DNA of 64,000 nucleotides from Octopus vulgaris (lineage: Eukaryota), in the NCBI GenBank assembly GCA_951406725.2, contig OX597820.1:108624001-108688000 (forward strand). Reading direction: 5' to 3'. Below the pieces are notes generated by a model. It made no database searches, was not told the DNA's origin, and was given only the letters and a program-made list of their open reading frames with translations. The translations under genes were made by a program, and so were the position numbers. Below, in pieces: positions 14,197 through 30,930 of the stretch (positions within the stretch are counted from its first letter, which is position 1; every line of letters begins with the position of its first letter).

Positions 14197-15420
14197 AGCA
14201 TTAAATATCTGCATATACATACAAAATGAGAAATAAAAGCATTTGGTTTACATGATATTAAGTTCCACAGGTGTATAGATGTTCATATGAGTGCAAGTAT
14301 TTGTATCACAATTGAAATTATAAATTTGCACTCGTATGTACATCTATACACCTGTAGAACTTAATATCATGTAAACCAAATGCTTTTATTTCTCATTTTG
14401 TATGTATATGCAGATATTTAATGCTTTGCATGGTACTGTAGCACTATTGTGGTACTTGGTTTTGCTATTATATTGCTAATAATGTGATCTATATATTGTT
14501 TTGCTAGTATTAGTGTTATTAATAATAAGAATAATGATATTGGTAGCATTAGTGGTAATGATAATACTAATGATGTTAACTTTAATGACATTTTGTAAAT
14601 TAATATAAATTAATATAATGTACTGTTGACTCTGTATATTTGCATTTGGGTATTAATATGTGTATGTTTTCTACATTGTAATATTACAATATTAAGTTGA
14701 AAAACTGTAACATTGAATATGGAACATATGTATGTTTATTGATTTATATTATTTATATTATTATGTTTCGGAGACGACTAGAGAATATGTCTAAAGGTGA
14801 CTGTTCTGAATGATTTACTCACACACACACACACACACGCAAACATATTCTTCTTTAATATGTATTCTGTATGAGCATTCTTTAATATGTATTCTGTACA
14901 AGCATTCTTTAATATGTATTCTGTACAAGCATTCTTTAATATGTATTCTGTACAAGCAATGCGTAGCATTGCTTACAAAATTTATGTAGTGTAAATAAAT
15001 CTCTATTTAATCACAAAACAACTTATGTATTTATTAATACATACACACATCCACTACAAGTGTATATTTAATTTGGTTTGTATTTCATAATCTCCGAAGA
15101 GGCCTTGGGATATTTTTGTAAATGTCTCATTTATAACTACATATTGACCTATCACACATGGCTAATATAAGTAAAATGAAACAGCTGTAAGATGTAGTTT
15201 ATATTTATATTTATATTTATTTATTTATATTCTCTTATACATATTATACTTATTGTATCATATTACTCCTTCATGTACACTGTTTTGTTCTATATTATTA
15301 TGTTTGACCTTAAAGTTTCTTATGTAGTGGTTTAATAAAGTATGTGATTGGGTATTATCTGGTAGTTGATATTTAATTTAGATGTATTTCTCCATTTTCT
15401 TTTTTTGTATTATTAATTTG
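14197..15420 (+). mobile_element. Penelope-like 3' region with 5' fold-back, 27-bp tandem repeat and degenerate hammerhead
   Basis: Inverted repeat of about 100 bp (14197-14298 / 14326-14425). (ATTCTTTAATATGTATTCTGTACAAGC)x~4 at 14850-14958. ATCT-CCGAAGA...GAAACAGCTGTA-AGAT at 15090-15193. Confidence 0.55.
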
Positions 15421-15600
15421 TGGTAAAACATTTTACCTTTGCCCATATAATACAGTAAATGAATTAATTGCATCGCAATTCTTAACATTTATGTATTAAC
15501 TTTGTTGGGTACTTCACTAGCAGTATATTGGATATATGTTATCCCATGGAGGGTTGCATTTACAACCCCTATCTCAATTTGTAACATATATATATATATA

Positions 15601-16457
<857 letters not shown>

Positions 16458-16642
16458 GATTCTTTCGATATGAGTACTGTTTACATCACATGTATTTGTT
16501 TACATTTGAAGAAGATCGTCACTTTTTTTACATATGTGGGGTTAGGGTTAGAGATGGGGGGAAGGGTTTCTTTTTCCTTCAGAAATATAAATAAACCCAT
16601 GTGGGTTTATAAGTGACAGCTATGTATCTAGTACCAAATGAT

Positions 16643-16681
<39 letters not shown>

Positions 16682-17184
16682 AGCTGATGTACACGAAGTA
16701 CGATCATTGCTAGAAATACCAGCCGGTAAGCTATCCATTATTTATATTAATTTTTTTAACTGAACAGTTTGATACTTTGGATACTGGTTGAGTGTGTCAC
16801 ATAGAACTCTTAACGTTTTTGACAAAATTCTGAATTTTAGAAGTTATTTCGTGTTAAAGTTCTTGTATTTTGGTAATTTTAACCAATCAATGACGTGTAT
16901 TCAGCTGAAGAAAGTTACTGCTGTTTGCGAAAGTAATGGAAGAGCAACAACATCCGGGTCATCGGGTCATCAGTTTTTGTTGCTGCATACATATATGTGC
17001 ATAAATACACAAACACATGTATACGTACACACACACACACATCAAAACATACACACATGTGCAACTTTTAGAATGCTGAGGAAAGGAAGGTGTGTGTGAG
17101 GAATACATAGCTTTAAGGAGGGAGGGGGATTGTGAAGTTGATGACAGTTGTTCATGCTATCCATCACACACACACACTCACACA

Positions 17185-18630
17185 CACCGGGTGCGATGGG
17201 TAAATTGTCGTCATTTTATCTTTGTAATTTTGTTCATTGTTTGTTTTGGATTTTGTCGACTACACAGTATCGTAGGGTCAGTTGGGCACCGTTTGTGAAA
17301 AAAGCAGCACCGTGATGCAATTCACTCTGTCAGAAATTTGGTATCAACATGCTGTACTGCTTGGCATTCACACTGAAAGCTCCTATATGAACATTTCAGA
17401 GTGTTTGGGTGTCAATCTGAGGACATGTATCCAGAGCAGTTGTGGCTCATGTACAGGCACTGCAGAATCCCCTATTTCCACTCAATATTATCGATGACAT
17501 TCAATATAATAGGTTCCTTTGTTTTTAATCCTTTGTTATTCTTGTACATTATATAATCCTTAAGCTTAATGTCAGTAGCCCAGTTTATGAAAAAAAATGC
17601 AAAATCCTTTTATAGAACTTTGTGCTTCACAGTTCCAGCGACACAGTGTTTGGCTGTTGCGCACATGCTAACATGTGATAGGAAGCTTCATGCTAGGGAG
17701 AGGTAGTACTGTTGTTCACAAAATGCCCGTGAAAGGTTGAGGTTTTTTTTTTACTCCGTGAGTGTTGTGCTTAAAAACGTGTTTATATTCTTGAATGTGA
17801 TAAGGTATAGAATTAGATTATTATCCTGCTTCCAGCTTCAGTATTGCTGCCAGGATTTGAAAAATAGGGCAGATTTCATACCTTATTTTGTGATTTAGGT
17901 GGGGTTTTTGAAAAACAAGGGAGAATTTGCGGTGGTGTTCAGTGAACAAATTAAGCACACTACGTGACGGTGGCTAAAACGTGAACCAATCAAGTTTATG
18001 TATAAATATTCTTTTTATATGTTTGTTTCCTTTTACACAATATAAAAACAATGGCTAAAAAATTTCTGAAGCAGCACCCCACTAATTTTATCTACGAGCT
18101 ACCATTGACCGGGAGTGATAAAAATCAAACATCCAGTCAACATCATGGTGTTTGGAGTGATCACTAGTGATGGCGACGTTATGCCTCCATTCATCTTCCA
18201 ACACGGCCTCAGACTTAACATCAAGTACCTGGAGGTGGTAGTGCTGCTCTGGGTCAAGAAAGTGGTTGCTGGAGGACAACAGGACTCTGCACCATACCAC
18301 AAAAGCAGGAAAACACAGTCATGGCTGTCAGACAATTTCTGCGACCACATCACTCCAAACATCAAGTCACCTAACTCCCCAGACTAAAACCCCCTTGATT
18401 TTTATGTGTGGGGTGCAGTTGAGTGAGAGACTAACAAAACTCCTTGTAACACCAAAGATGAACTGAATGCAAGGATTATGGCAGCATTCACCAACTTAAA
18501 TAAGGAGAACATCCAGCAGAGTTGCAGGAGATTCTGAAGTTGTCTGGAGGCCATGGTTGAAGCCAATGGCAATTTTATTGAATAAATTAATTCATCAGTA
18601 TTTGAAGATATTTTTATGCAGTTTTGGTAA
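17185..18630 (+). mobile_element. Decayed Tc1/mariner-superfamily transposon (interrupted at about 17430-18090)
   Basis: KHPVNIMVFGVITSDG, QQDSAPYH and SPNSPD*NPLDFYVWG motifs at 18115-18420; 5' part at 17185-17430. Confidence 0.75.
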
Positions 18631-19579
18631 ATCGGGAAGTGAAAAAGTCTTTAACGTTTGGAGCCTACGCTCTTCCAAAGAAAGGATAGCACCCCCCACC
18701 CACCCCGTTCATTGGACGGTTTGTATAGGTGAAGAGGGTTAACTTGGACAGTGTTATGGAAGTTTTAATCATCTGATGGACAGGCCATAAGGATTACAAA
18801 AATAGCAATTCTCATTTTGAAACGGACAATTTTGAAAATCTTTTTAGATTACGGAATGCCCAACTCTCATGTATCCATGTTTAAAATTTCAGCACGATCA
18901 GACAAACAATACCTGAGTTATAAGCACACAAAAAACAGACAGACAGAACGGGATTTATATATTAGATGAGCCAATGAGAGAGACCTCTACATGGTAGCCA
19001 GACCTGGTAAAAATAATAGCCAAATCTCCCTCAAATCACATCTTACTGTCTCATATATGTATGAGCCAATGAGGGAGACCTCTACATGGTAGCTGGACCT
19101 GCTAGAAATATCAACCAAATCTCCCTGAAAACACCCTACAGTCTTATGTATGTATATATGTATGTATTAAGAGTATGTATTAATGCTTTTTGCATTTGAT
19201 GACTGTTGCTGTAAGTTAGATAATCGTATTGAACCCTCTACAAATAGAGAGAGGGGGACAGAGACAGAAAAGAAGAGAAACAGTATAGTGACAGTTTTGG
19301 CTGACTGTCATCCTGTACTCTCCTTGTTGCTAGCGAAATGGTATGTGCTGGCTGTCTGAGCAACTTGTTGCTTTTAATGAACAGCTAGGTGGGAAAATTA
19401 GGACAAAACTAGCGATTCTCACTGACAATTTTGAAAATCTTTTTAGATTATAGAACCCCGCTCTCTCTCATATATCCATGTTTAAAATTTCAGTGCGATC
19501 AGATGAACAATACTCGAGATATAAGCGCACAAACAGACAGAACGAGATTTATATATTATATATATGTGAGTGTATGTGT

Positions 19580-22047
<2,468 letters not shown>

Positions 22048-22799
22048 TCGACAGATTTCAAGTTAATTTGCCATCGATGATCCAGATGAGGCTAATCACT
22101 TTAAAGGCGAAGTGTTGTGTCGTATTATTTAAAAATGAGCACGAGCAATCATTTTCTGACGTATTCTTATCGAATAACTTTCTGCTTTTAGTCTAACTTA
22201 ATCAATTACCTTGCAATGTGTATATTTTCAGTTGGTACTACACTTAAGGCGGGGACTTCCAATTCTCGTTACTGATGAGGCATATTGTTGGTGTATAAAA
22301 TAAGTTGTAGTTATGGATGACAATTATGATATACATTTTCTTTGCCATTACAAATCTAATGAATCACTAACAATTTGAGATAAAACTGGATGTAAGTTTC
22401 CAGCAAGTCGATTCTGCAATCAGAACCTCTTTTTTGCTTTGCTTCTAAAATCCCATTGGGAAAGACATGAGTACCAAAATTTGTAAATTATCTTTCCCGT
22501 TTCTTCATGTCCAATTTTCATATTGGTCAAAGTTTGAAAAGTAGGTTCTATTAGTTGTGCCCCATCTACCTATTAAATCAAGAAGCCTTAGTATTACAAC
22601 TGCTTGATTAATGGCGTCTTAAATGAATATTAAAACTCATTTGAATTTTATAGAATTATAAATACAAATATTACGTAATTTGGCAATGTTCTAAGTTTCG
22701 AAGAACGTTCCAATCGCGTCGATTTTTTCTAATTAAAAAAAAAAATCTGTCGTAAGTTTACCATTTTTTTCCGCTTTCATATCTCAGTTTTGTTTTAAT

Positions 22800-23837
22800 T
22801 TATTTATTGTCATCTTCAATATTTAATATTCGCACCGTTCCCATTGCAACAGAATTAACTGTTTCGAATTCCGTTGTTCCAATAACCCGCTTATTTATTA
22901 TCTCACAAATCCAATACGAAGACATATTTTGAATGGGTTTGCATTCGAGGCAATATTTTTTACAGATTTCTAAAGAATCCGGTTTTAAATTTGGACGTGG
23001 AAGTTTAACAATTAAGCTTATGGTCATAGCAATTCCTAAATTACTGCAGCAAAAGTTTAAATAACCGAAAGTACCTTGAGCAAACATAACTTTTTTCTCA
23101 AGGGACTGCATCATCCGAACCAACTTCTTGTAAGCATCAGCTAACCGAGGTCCTTTCTCGGAGCAGAATATACGTAGATGATCTTCTTCGTTTACCCAGC
23201 ATACCAAATTTTTATCCAAGTTATAGTAAACACCTCTACCAGCTGGCCAATCATCGTAACAACCCGCTGCCTTTTTTAGTCTATTGGAATTGTCGAAATA
23301 TATGTTCTCGTTGATAAGATGTTTGCGATCTTCCGGTGAAATACCAACATACGAAAAATAGCGCCCCATAAGATCTCCTTCTAGGTTAGTTAAAGCTTCC
23401 ACGGCTAATTTCTCAATCTCTAAACGATCACCTTTGGTAAGAATTGGATGGTAACGGTAGCCATCGAAATTTCGACTGACATTAATATTAGAAGAAATTA
23501 CTTTATCTTTTGTAGATTCTAAAGCGAATAAATTAAGAAGATTCGGATCTCCGTAATCTGCTGATGGGTGGGTAAAAGCAGTCATATTATGGTATGCTTT
23601 GATAATCGGTTCGAAAATTTCGGCAAATGTTGTGTAGGCATTTTGGTCACATGCATAGATTCCAATAGAAATATTGGGATATTTGCAACCTACTCGGATA
23701 CAATCGTTTATTGTTCCTCCATATTTAGTCCTTTTGGATTTCAGATTTTCTAATTTTTCCGTATTGAGATGTATTTTTAGAAGAGAAGAACTTTGGGAAC
23801 AGGATAGTTTTTTCCATAAATGGTTCAATTCCGACAT
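22800..23837 (-). CDS. Intronless arginine kinase (phosphagen kinase)-like protein, 345 aa, probably catalytically impaired
   Basis: SLLK.HL, T..GGT..DCI, GIYACD..AY..FA..F.PII..YH, WP.GRG, WVNEEDHLRI, GYL.FC..NLG and NKR.IG.TE motifs. Continuous ATG-to-TAA ORF. Confidence 0.9.
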   Translation of the reverse strand: MSELNHLWKKLSCSQSSSLLKIHLNTEKLENLKSKRTKYGGTINDCIRVGCKYPNISIGIYACDQNAYTTFAEIFEPIIKAYHNMTAFTHPSADYGDPNLLNLFALESTKDKVISSNINVSRNFDGYRYHPILTKGDRLEIEKLAVEALTNLEGDLMGRYFSYVGISPEDRKHLINENIYFDNSNRLKKAAGCYDDWPAGRGVYYNLDKNLVCWVNEEDHLRIFCSEKGPRLADAYKKLVRMMQSLEKKVMFAQGTFGYLNFCCSNLGIAMTISLIVKLPRPNLKPDSLEICKKYCLECKPIQNMSSYWICEIINKRVIGTTEFETVNSVAMGTVRILNIEDDNK

Positions 23838-23950
23838 TGGGAAACCCGAAAGATGAGATACGAAAGTACGCCCCTATACCCTTTGCTTTATCATTGCGAT
23901 TTGTGAGTTTTCGGTAACATTTGTTAATTTGTAATAAGTAGAAATAAATT

Positions 23951-23960
23951 ATGACGTCAT
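23951..23960. promoter_or_regulatory. Perfect CRE palindrome (ATGACGTCAT) about 115 bp upstream of the AK-like ATG
   Basis: Motif seen directly; function is inferred. Confidence 0.4.
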
Positions 23961-24774
23961 GAAATATGATTCTGAATATGTTTACTTAAATCAAGGATCG
24001 GACAATGACAAGGGTCATCTCTTCTAACGAGAGTTGTATCTAATTTTGTTTATTAAACGAAGTTTTTACGTCAATAACAGAGGGCCTCACCACTCTCTCA
24101 CAATCTACCTAGCTAACTTCTTGTCTTATCTAACACTTTATATGATCATATATATCTATCTATCCTCTCTTACATCTATGTTATATTCTGAGACAGGGGC
24201 CAGTAAAGTGACCATATACAAATCACCATGTTTGTTTATGTTTCAATGATAATGAGCTCCCAAAACAACCATAAAAATGAATCAACTAGGAAATCTCTGT
24301 GTGGTCGCTCTAACAGTTAGGAATAGCAGTCAAGTCTCTTTCAAATGGCACTACCGTCTTACGAAAATAATGCATTGGGTAATATACACTTTGCTTTGGA
24401 TAGACTTCTCTTGGAACAACATTCTACCAACTCTGGTTTAATCACGACACTCTTTCTCTATATACTTCTGATAACGCCCATTCCTACACAGTTGTTCATT
24501 CCTTCCATACCTTGTGCATTAAGCGCCATTCACTTGCGCCTAGAAACCATACCTTGTGCATCCAAACACTATTCACTTACATCTAGATACTCCACCATGT
24601 GTATCTAAACGCTACTCACTTGCACCTAGACACCTTTCCTTGTGCATCCAAGAGCTGTTCATTTTCACCAAGACACCATACGCTAAATCTGTACTGACTC
24701 AACAAAGAGACCTCGTGGACATTTTCCAGTATAAGGTCACACTAATCTTATTCTCTTCCACAACATAAAGCTAC

Positions 24775-25489
24775 TGTAGGAATAAACGACCGTACGTAAG
24801 GAGTTGGTGACAAAGGTCCCCTTTTGAACGCCGCACGGTCGTCCCTAACATAATAAGAAGCCAAATACATGATATAAAATACAGTGCCAAAGAAATTAAT
24901 GAGGACAACAAACCGCTCTACTGTTTGAGAGAGAAGACTTTATTTACACAGTGTACAAAGTGAAAGTGTGTGAATGCTAGTGAAGTGTTGTGTATGAATA
25001 CGTGCGACAAGTGTTGGTGTCTGTGTGTTCTTGTGTGCGACAGAAGGTACAGACAAAAGGTGTATGCACATAAAACAGAAATACAGAGCATAAGATAAGT
25101 CTCAGCATATTGAGTTAAGATAGAATTTGTTTACCAGTTCATGAGGTACACAATAGTAAGTTCTATAACAAGATGTTGTGGGTCACGTGACAGAGCCGGT
25201 TACTACACGTGTAGAAGTTGGGGCTATCATGCCGTGCCGAGTCTCTTGATATAGATAGGTCTTTAGGTAGACTGTTTTTCCCTGGTGAAAGATTCACACA
25301 AACAGCGTGAGTCAAATCTGGTCGGTGTTGATGTGTACATGCTGTTGAAGTCGACGGGGATGGAGACTGGATGCCAAGCAATCAGATGAGTGGACACAAC
25401 AGGGTCAAACTAGCCAAAGATGGTTGTAATCTCAAACGAGATCATTCTTGTTGTGTCTCTCAAAGAGTGAGTATATCAATATCGCTACA
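24775..25489 (-). mobile_element. Solo LTR related to the CsRn1-like element; TSD CTAC
   Basis: TG...CA ends; CTAC at 24771-24774 and 25490-25493. Shares ATCTCGTTTGAG.TTACAACCATCTTTGGC with the LTRs at 32776 and 34587. Confidence 0.8.
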
Positions 25490-26163
25490 CTACAATCACT
25501 ACACATATTAAGAAAATATTGTCGTATTCTCCACCTCCAACAAAATATGAACAGTACACAGCTAGGACCTTCATGATCGTATCAAATGCAAAGTTTTACC
25601 ATTACTGAGGATCTTTCATGGCGAGCGCACATTCTCAGCAAAGTATAAGCTGCTTCTCAAGCATTGGGCTTTCTTTTTAGAACTACAAAGTACTCCAGTC
25701 CCTCCACAGACACACACACACACATACACACTCATTTACCCTCTACAAAATTCAAGTATGAACCATAATGAAGCACTATTTCCACATCTGAGACGGGCTT
25801 TTTATTTCACATGCCCCGCCACCACCACACCCACTCACATTCTAGACCACATCAAAAGGCAGAACACTCGGCCAGTTGGTATGAAATCACTCGTAAATAC
25901 ACTCCAACTTCCCACCTCACAAACCTGCTGTTTCCTCACTATGTACTTTTTACTGTACAAAAGTTGTCTGATCCTCAGAGCTAACTAGTCTCATGTCACT
26001 TACACTTAAGCTCACTTCCGACACGATAATATCACCTCTTCTTATCATCGATATAGTTTCCACTTCAGAAAACCTCCCACTAACAACTACGCCCTGCCCT
26101 ACCTTCTCAGATCGTTCACTCTTTGAAATTCCCACCCAGCATGTTTTTTTTATTTTTCTAATA

Positions 26164-29100
26164 TTAGCCGGTGTACTCGACGTTGTCCGGGTGCGTTAGC
26201 TCGAAAAGGCTTAGAAACTAATAAAGCGATTAACACCCCTCTCCTCTAAGCACCTTTCACGCTTTATGGCAAGACTAACACCTAAGTAACTCTATAAGGG
26301 AATCGCACGTGTAATATTACAACAATTAAGTGAAAAAATAAAGCTACAAAAATTATAACAGCAATAACGTAGGACTGAAATATGGCGCCAGTACGGCAAG
26401 TCTACAAAACTTCCTTATAAACAACATTTTTAGTTTTCTCCTGGGGGATGAAGGCATGTAAACTGTTCCGACAACCCACTCTTGAGCAGCCAACGTACAG
26501 CTGACCGTGTGAAAAGCATGATTCGGCTAAGTAAAGTCCAACGACAGACAGCGACTGCCCCTGGGATTTATTAATGGACATGGCGTAACTGAGTCTAATC
26601 GGAATCTGCACTCTGCGAATGTGAACGTTAAGTTAGCAGCCGAAGGTACAAGGGGAATTCGCAGTATGAAGACGTCTTAACCTTTACCACAGATGGTCAT
26701 AATCGATGCTTCAATGACATTGGGAAGTAATTTTGTGATAACAAGGCGTGTACCGTTGCACAACGTCGATGGATTTAAATTCCTTATCAGCATAACAGGG
26801 CTACCTACTCGAAGAGTAAGAATATGTAGAGGTACATCTACAGGCTCCAAGGAATACAAAAATTCAGTGGGATAATCAACTACCTCATCCTGATTGGGAA
26901 TGGTGTCTACTGACTTATAGACTGTCACGTCCCCAGGCAAACGCAATAAGAGACTGTTGTTGATTGCACTGACCGCAACGTTTTTAGGAGCCAAAATGGC
27001 AAGGCCAATCTAGATCTCTGTTGTGGACTTCTAGGCCTGGGAAGACCCAGTCCTGAAGACTCTGGATACTACTGGCTATTGTGCAAATGTTACTTATGTC
27101 AGCATCTTCATTTCCGTCTTTTGGAACTTCACCTTTGCCAAGAAGGAAAATGTCCCTCGCGAAATCTTCTGACAATGGGTCCTCATGGAGGCGCGCTCTC
27201 ATGATGAATTCTAACTTTAAAGTAACAACATGACCCCATAGAGGCGAAGACTTAAGACACGCCATTACTTCATCCGCCCTTGTGCCTTTCGGAATCACTG
27301 GCAAGGCTTGTCTAAAGTTCTCAGATTGCAACACAGTGACACACCCAATCGGTTCATGGCTTTCTTTTATGTCTCGCAAAGTTCTATCTAATGCCAAACA
27401 ATCCCAAACAATCCCAAACAATCAGGCGGCATTGTGCGAGCAATTGCCCGTTTTATGCGACGTTTTTGAAACGTTGCAAACGGGCGTTGGTGAACTTGCA
27501 AGGTTAAGGGGAAGCTTAAACGTAGAGTGTGCAGTCCTACTACCAGGGAGCAGAGTAGCAGCTATGCCTGAAGTCGCCACAGCTATTGCGATGCACTTTT
27601 GTAGCCTTACTTTTGCAAGAATGAGTCTAGTTACGAATGTTTTGCCTGTCCCGCCAGGAGCGTTAAGGAAGAAAACGCCACCTTTACGACCCTGGACTTC
27701 TTGAACGATAGTGTCGTAGGCGTGCTTCTGGTCAGGTAGCAGGAATATCTCATTGATCTGTACATATGCGGATAGTTCAGTAATGTAAGATGTTTCCCGA
27801 ACAATCTCAGAAGGGAGATCATTTGAGGTAGGCTTTGCAGCGGTGGGGCAGTCCGTAAGTGGTCATTACGTCACCGCCTAAAGCTAAAGTCTTGTTTTCA
27901 AACTCAATCAGCGCTAGGTTGTATATTGTATCGGTAAAACCTATATTTAAAGTAAGGAATTGAAGCTGGGCGGCTCGCCTAAAGTCCTCAGAGAGGTCAT
28001 TCCTAAATCGAAGCTACAAAGAATACGGACTACTGGGTGCACAATTGTGCAGTATAACAGCAAAAAGTGTTCTAAGGTTTCCAAGCGATTTGGATACACA
28101 AGCTTCTGATAAGCAGGCTTGCCACTGCCCGTCATCTTTAAGAAGACCGCGCTGTTAACATGCCTCCTTGTATGTTGCAAAAACGTTTTCATCCACAGTT
28201 CTTAAATCCTGAAAGCAAATTGGTCCTGTTACTTCGTGTAGAAGAAGACGGAGATGAAAGCATTCAATCTGATTTGGGTGCACTGTATAAACGTACCCAA
28301 GGCAATCATTGAACTTAATACCTTCGTGCCCTTCAACAGTTTTATCTACCTTCCACGTCTTGTTCTAGGTGTAGTAGGATGGAACTTGTGGGTAAAGGAG
28401 TGTCCGTGCAAAAGGATCAACCTGACAAAGTTTAGAAAACGCAGTAAGCGTAGTATCTGATGGAGCTTGTGCTACCTGCGCAGCAGCGGCTTCACTGAAA
28501 TACACGCTTTGCCTGTTTTCCAGATGAACAGCAAGCTGGACAATGGCAGGATACCTTTCGTGCATTGGAAAACCGAAAATACGCCAAAACGCTTCATTGC
28601 TGCTTATGTACCGTGCAGCCTAGTATTGCATTACTTCATTGTGTTGGTTGATTCCTTGGAGGCCAAACATGGAGGCATTGGACCCTTTATTAACGTATTT
28701 GCGGATATTTGATTGATTTGATGGAGTTGCAAAATTTAACGTTTATATGCGCTTTAAATGTCTTTGAAAGAAGCGGACAGTAAGGTACTATCCATCTATT
28801 GTCAACTTCGAATTTCCCTATCGTTAAGCTTAAGCCTCCGTCGCATGGCTTCCTACACCTATACAGTGAGTACTTGTCTTGAGCAGTTTGAGTCTGAGAC
28901 ACGAATTTTGGGGGATAATTCTTTGAGTATACACCATTTATCAAGCAATCTTTCCTTGTGTAGGCAGGCCCACAAGGGCCATGGACCATATTAGACTTCA
29001 CTATGCCATGGATTTCACTATCAATGTCCGGATCAGGTATTTCAGCGGAAATTAGCCTGTCTGTCATTTGCATTTATTTTCTGACTTAACCACAGAAGTG

Positions 29101-30930
29101 TGTGTACATGAGGCATGCCCCTCTTTTACTACTCAACAGTGAACATGAAGCTTTTAACATGGCAAAATATTTGGCCATTGGTGAGGAGGTCCTTGAATTT
29201 AAGTAGTTTCAGTCTAAAAACTCTCGCAATGACATCAGGCCTATTATGGGCTTGTTGACCGGGCAGAAGACTCACTTGTATTTCATTCCCCTTGACATTA
29301 CAAGTGAGGGTAATGAAAAGGTCGGACCCACCGTAGTGCCGAACGTAAACCATGGCGTCTTGCATATGTTCGTGCATGTATCGAGGACTACCAATAAAGG
29401 AAGACGGGAGTATGCACAACTGGCCTATCCTTCTCGGGGCAACAACGTTAACGATGCTATCTCTGAGATGGATGTACTTTTCAGTCCGTAGCTTAGCCTG
29501 ATTCAACCGTATGTATTGTAAGCGCTGAGACTCAATCTTAACAGCATTGTCTACGACATGTTGAAAAAAGTCGCGAGAAAAGTGTAGGTGATTCAAACTG
29601 CTGTTTTTAACCATGTACCGATAGGTATAGTAAGCCATACATGTAACTGATTTGCTGTCACCAAAACCTGCCTCTGATAGGTTTTGCTGGGGAATGTTTA
29701 AGTGAAAACCGTCTTCACCATGAGTATGAAGTAGGGGATACTTAAGTGCGTCGTAGGACCTATGGGTTTCACAAATTCGTTGGAGCGCATCGTCTCGGCG
29801 GCACAAGACTATGTCCCTATTTTGGTGTTGTTCACCTCGAATAAGCACCGCAACCTCATTACATGAGTACTCGTTATAGCAGCGAGCGTGTTGCCCAGAA
29901 GACCTATGCCTATTTCTAAGGCATACTTAAAACTGTGAACATAGCTGTTTGTTTCGTGAATCAACTCCTGGAGCTGACGTATTAAGGCTAGGTCGGTACC
30001 AGGTAAGAAGGACTGCTGTCTGGCAGCCTGGTTTGCGTAGTCGCCAACGAAGTAAAGTTGTAGAAACTGAGACAAGACAGTATTGATTGGCTGGAGAGAA
30101 CCAAGCTTGTGATATATTTGTCCCTGAACTTTAAAAGACAGCATGAATTGTCCTTCTCTAATGATGTTAGACCCGAACGAAGTCATTTGGAAGGCACAGT
30201 TGTAGGCGCGAATGCGCTTAAGAAATTCGGTAGAGAAAGGCGAAACCCCAGTGAAAAGGTCAACCAAGAGACGGGGGGGGGATCTTCTAATGAAGGTATT
30301 TTAATCTTACCATTTGAGCAGTACGTGCCTGGGGTTTCCCCGGGCCACTTTTTGGTCTGACAAAAATCGCAGATCCTACTCATTGTGCTAATTGTAATGT
30401 CCGACCTGCTGCTGTAGTCGCAACTGGGATCGTAAGTGAAAGCTTTTAATGACCAAAACTTACTTGAGGGCCCTTGAAGTTGCAAATGTTATTCCTCCGC
30501 CGTTTCCCCGAACATTTTTTCAAAATCAATTTATACTTAAAACCTCCCCAGACACATAAGCAGTGTGCATGTGAAGTTTATATTTACTTGTTTAAGCGTT
30601 GTATTGGATAAATTGAGAAAATAACTAAAATAGTTCAAATATTAAGAAATAAGCATACTCAATTTCATTTTTACCAAATAATTTACGAAGGAGGGAATGG
30701 GTTATTTCCTCTGGAAGCTTTAAAATAATTAAGTCCGCCGTTCAACTGCGCCCAAATGTTATTCCTCCGCCGTTTACCCGAACATTTTTTCAAAATCAAT
30801 TTATACTTAAAATCTCCCCAGACACATAAGCAATGTGCGTGTGAGGTTTAAGAAAATTCAGTCGAGCCGTTTTGGCACAAAACGAGAACCCCCACCCCTA
30901 CACATACATTTTCAGTTTTAATATGTATGA
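26164..30930 (-). mobile_element. Decayed autonomous Helitron (RepHel with PIF1 helicase)
   Basis: Fragments C..C...KWPGE....C.NGK, IRAYN.AFQMTSFG, GSPRYM, HGPCG, DNRWIVPY, PGGTGKT, LCNGTRL and INKSQGQS. 5' A|TC at 30930; 3' hairpin plus CTAA|T at 26164. Many frameshifts. Confidence 0.9.
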
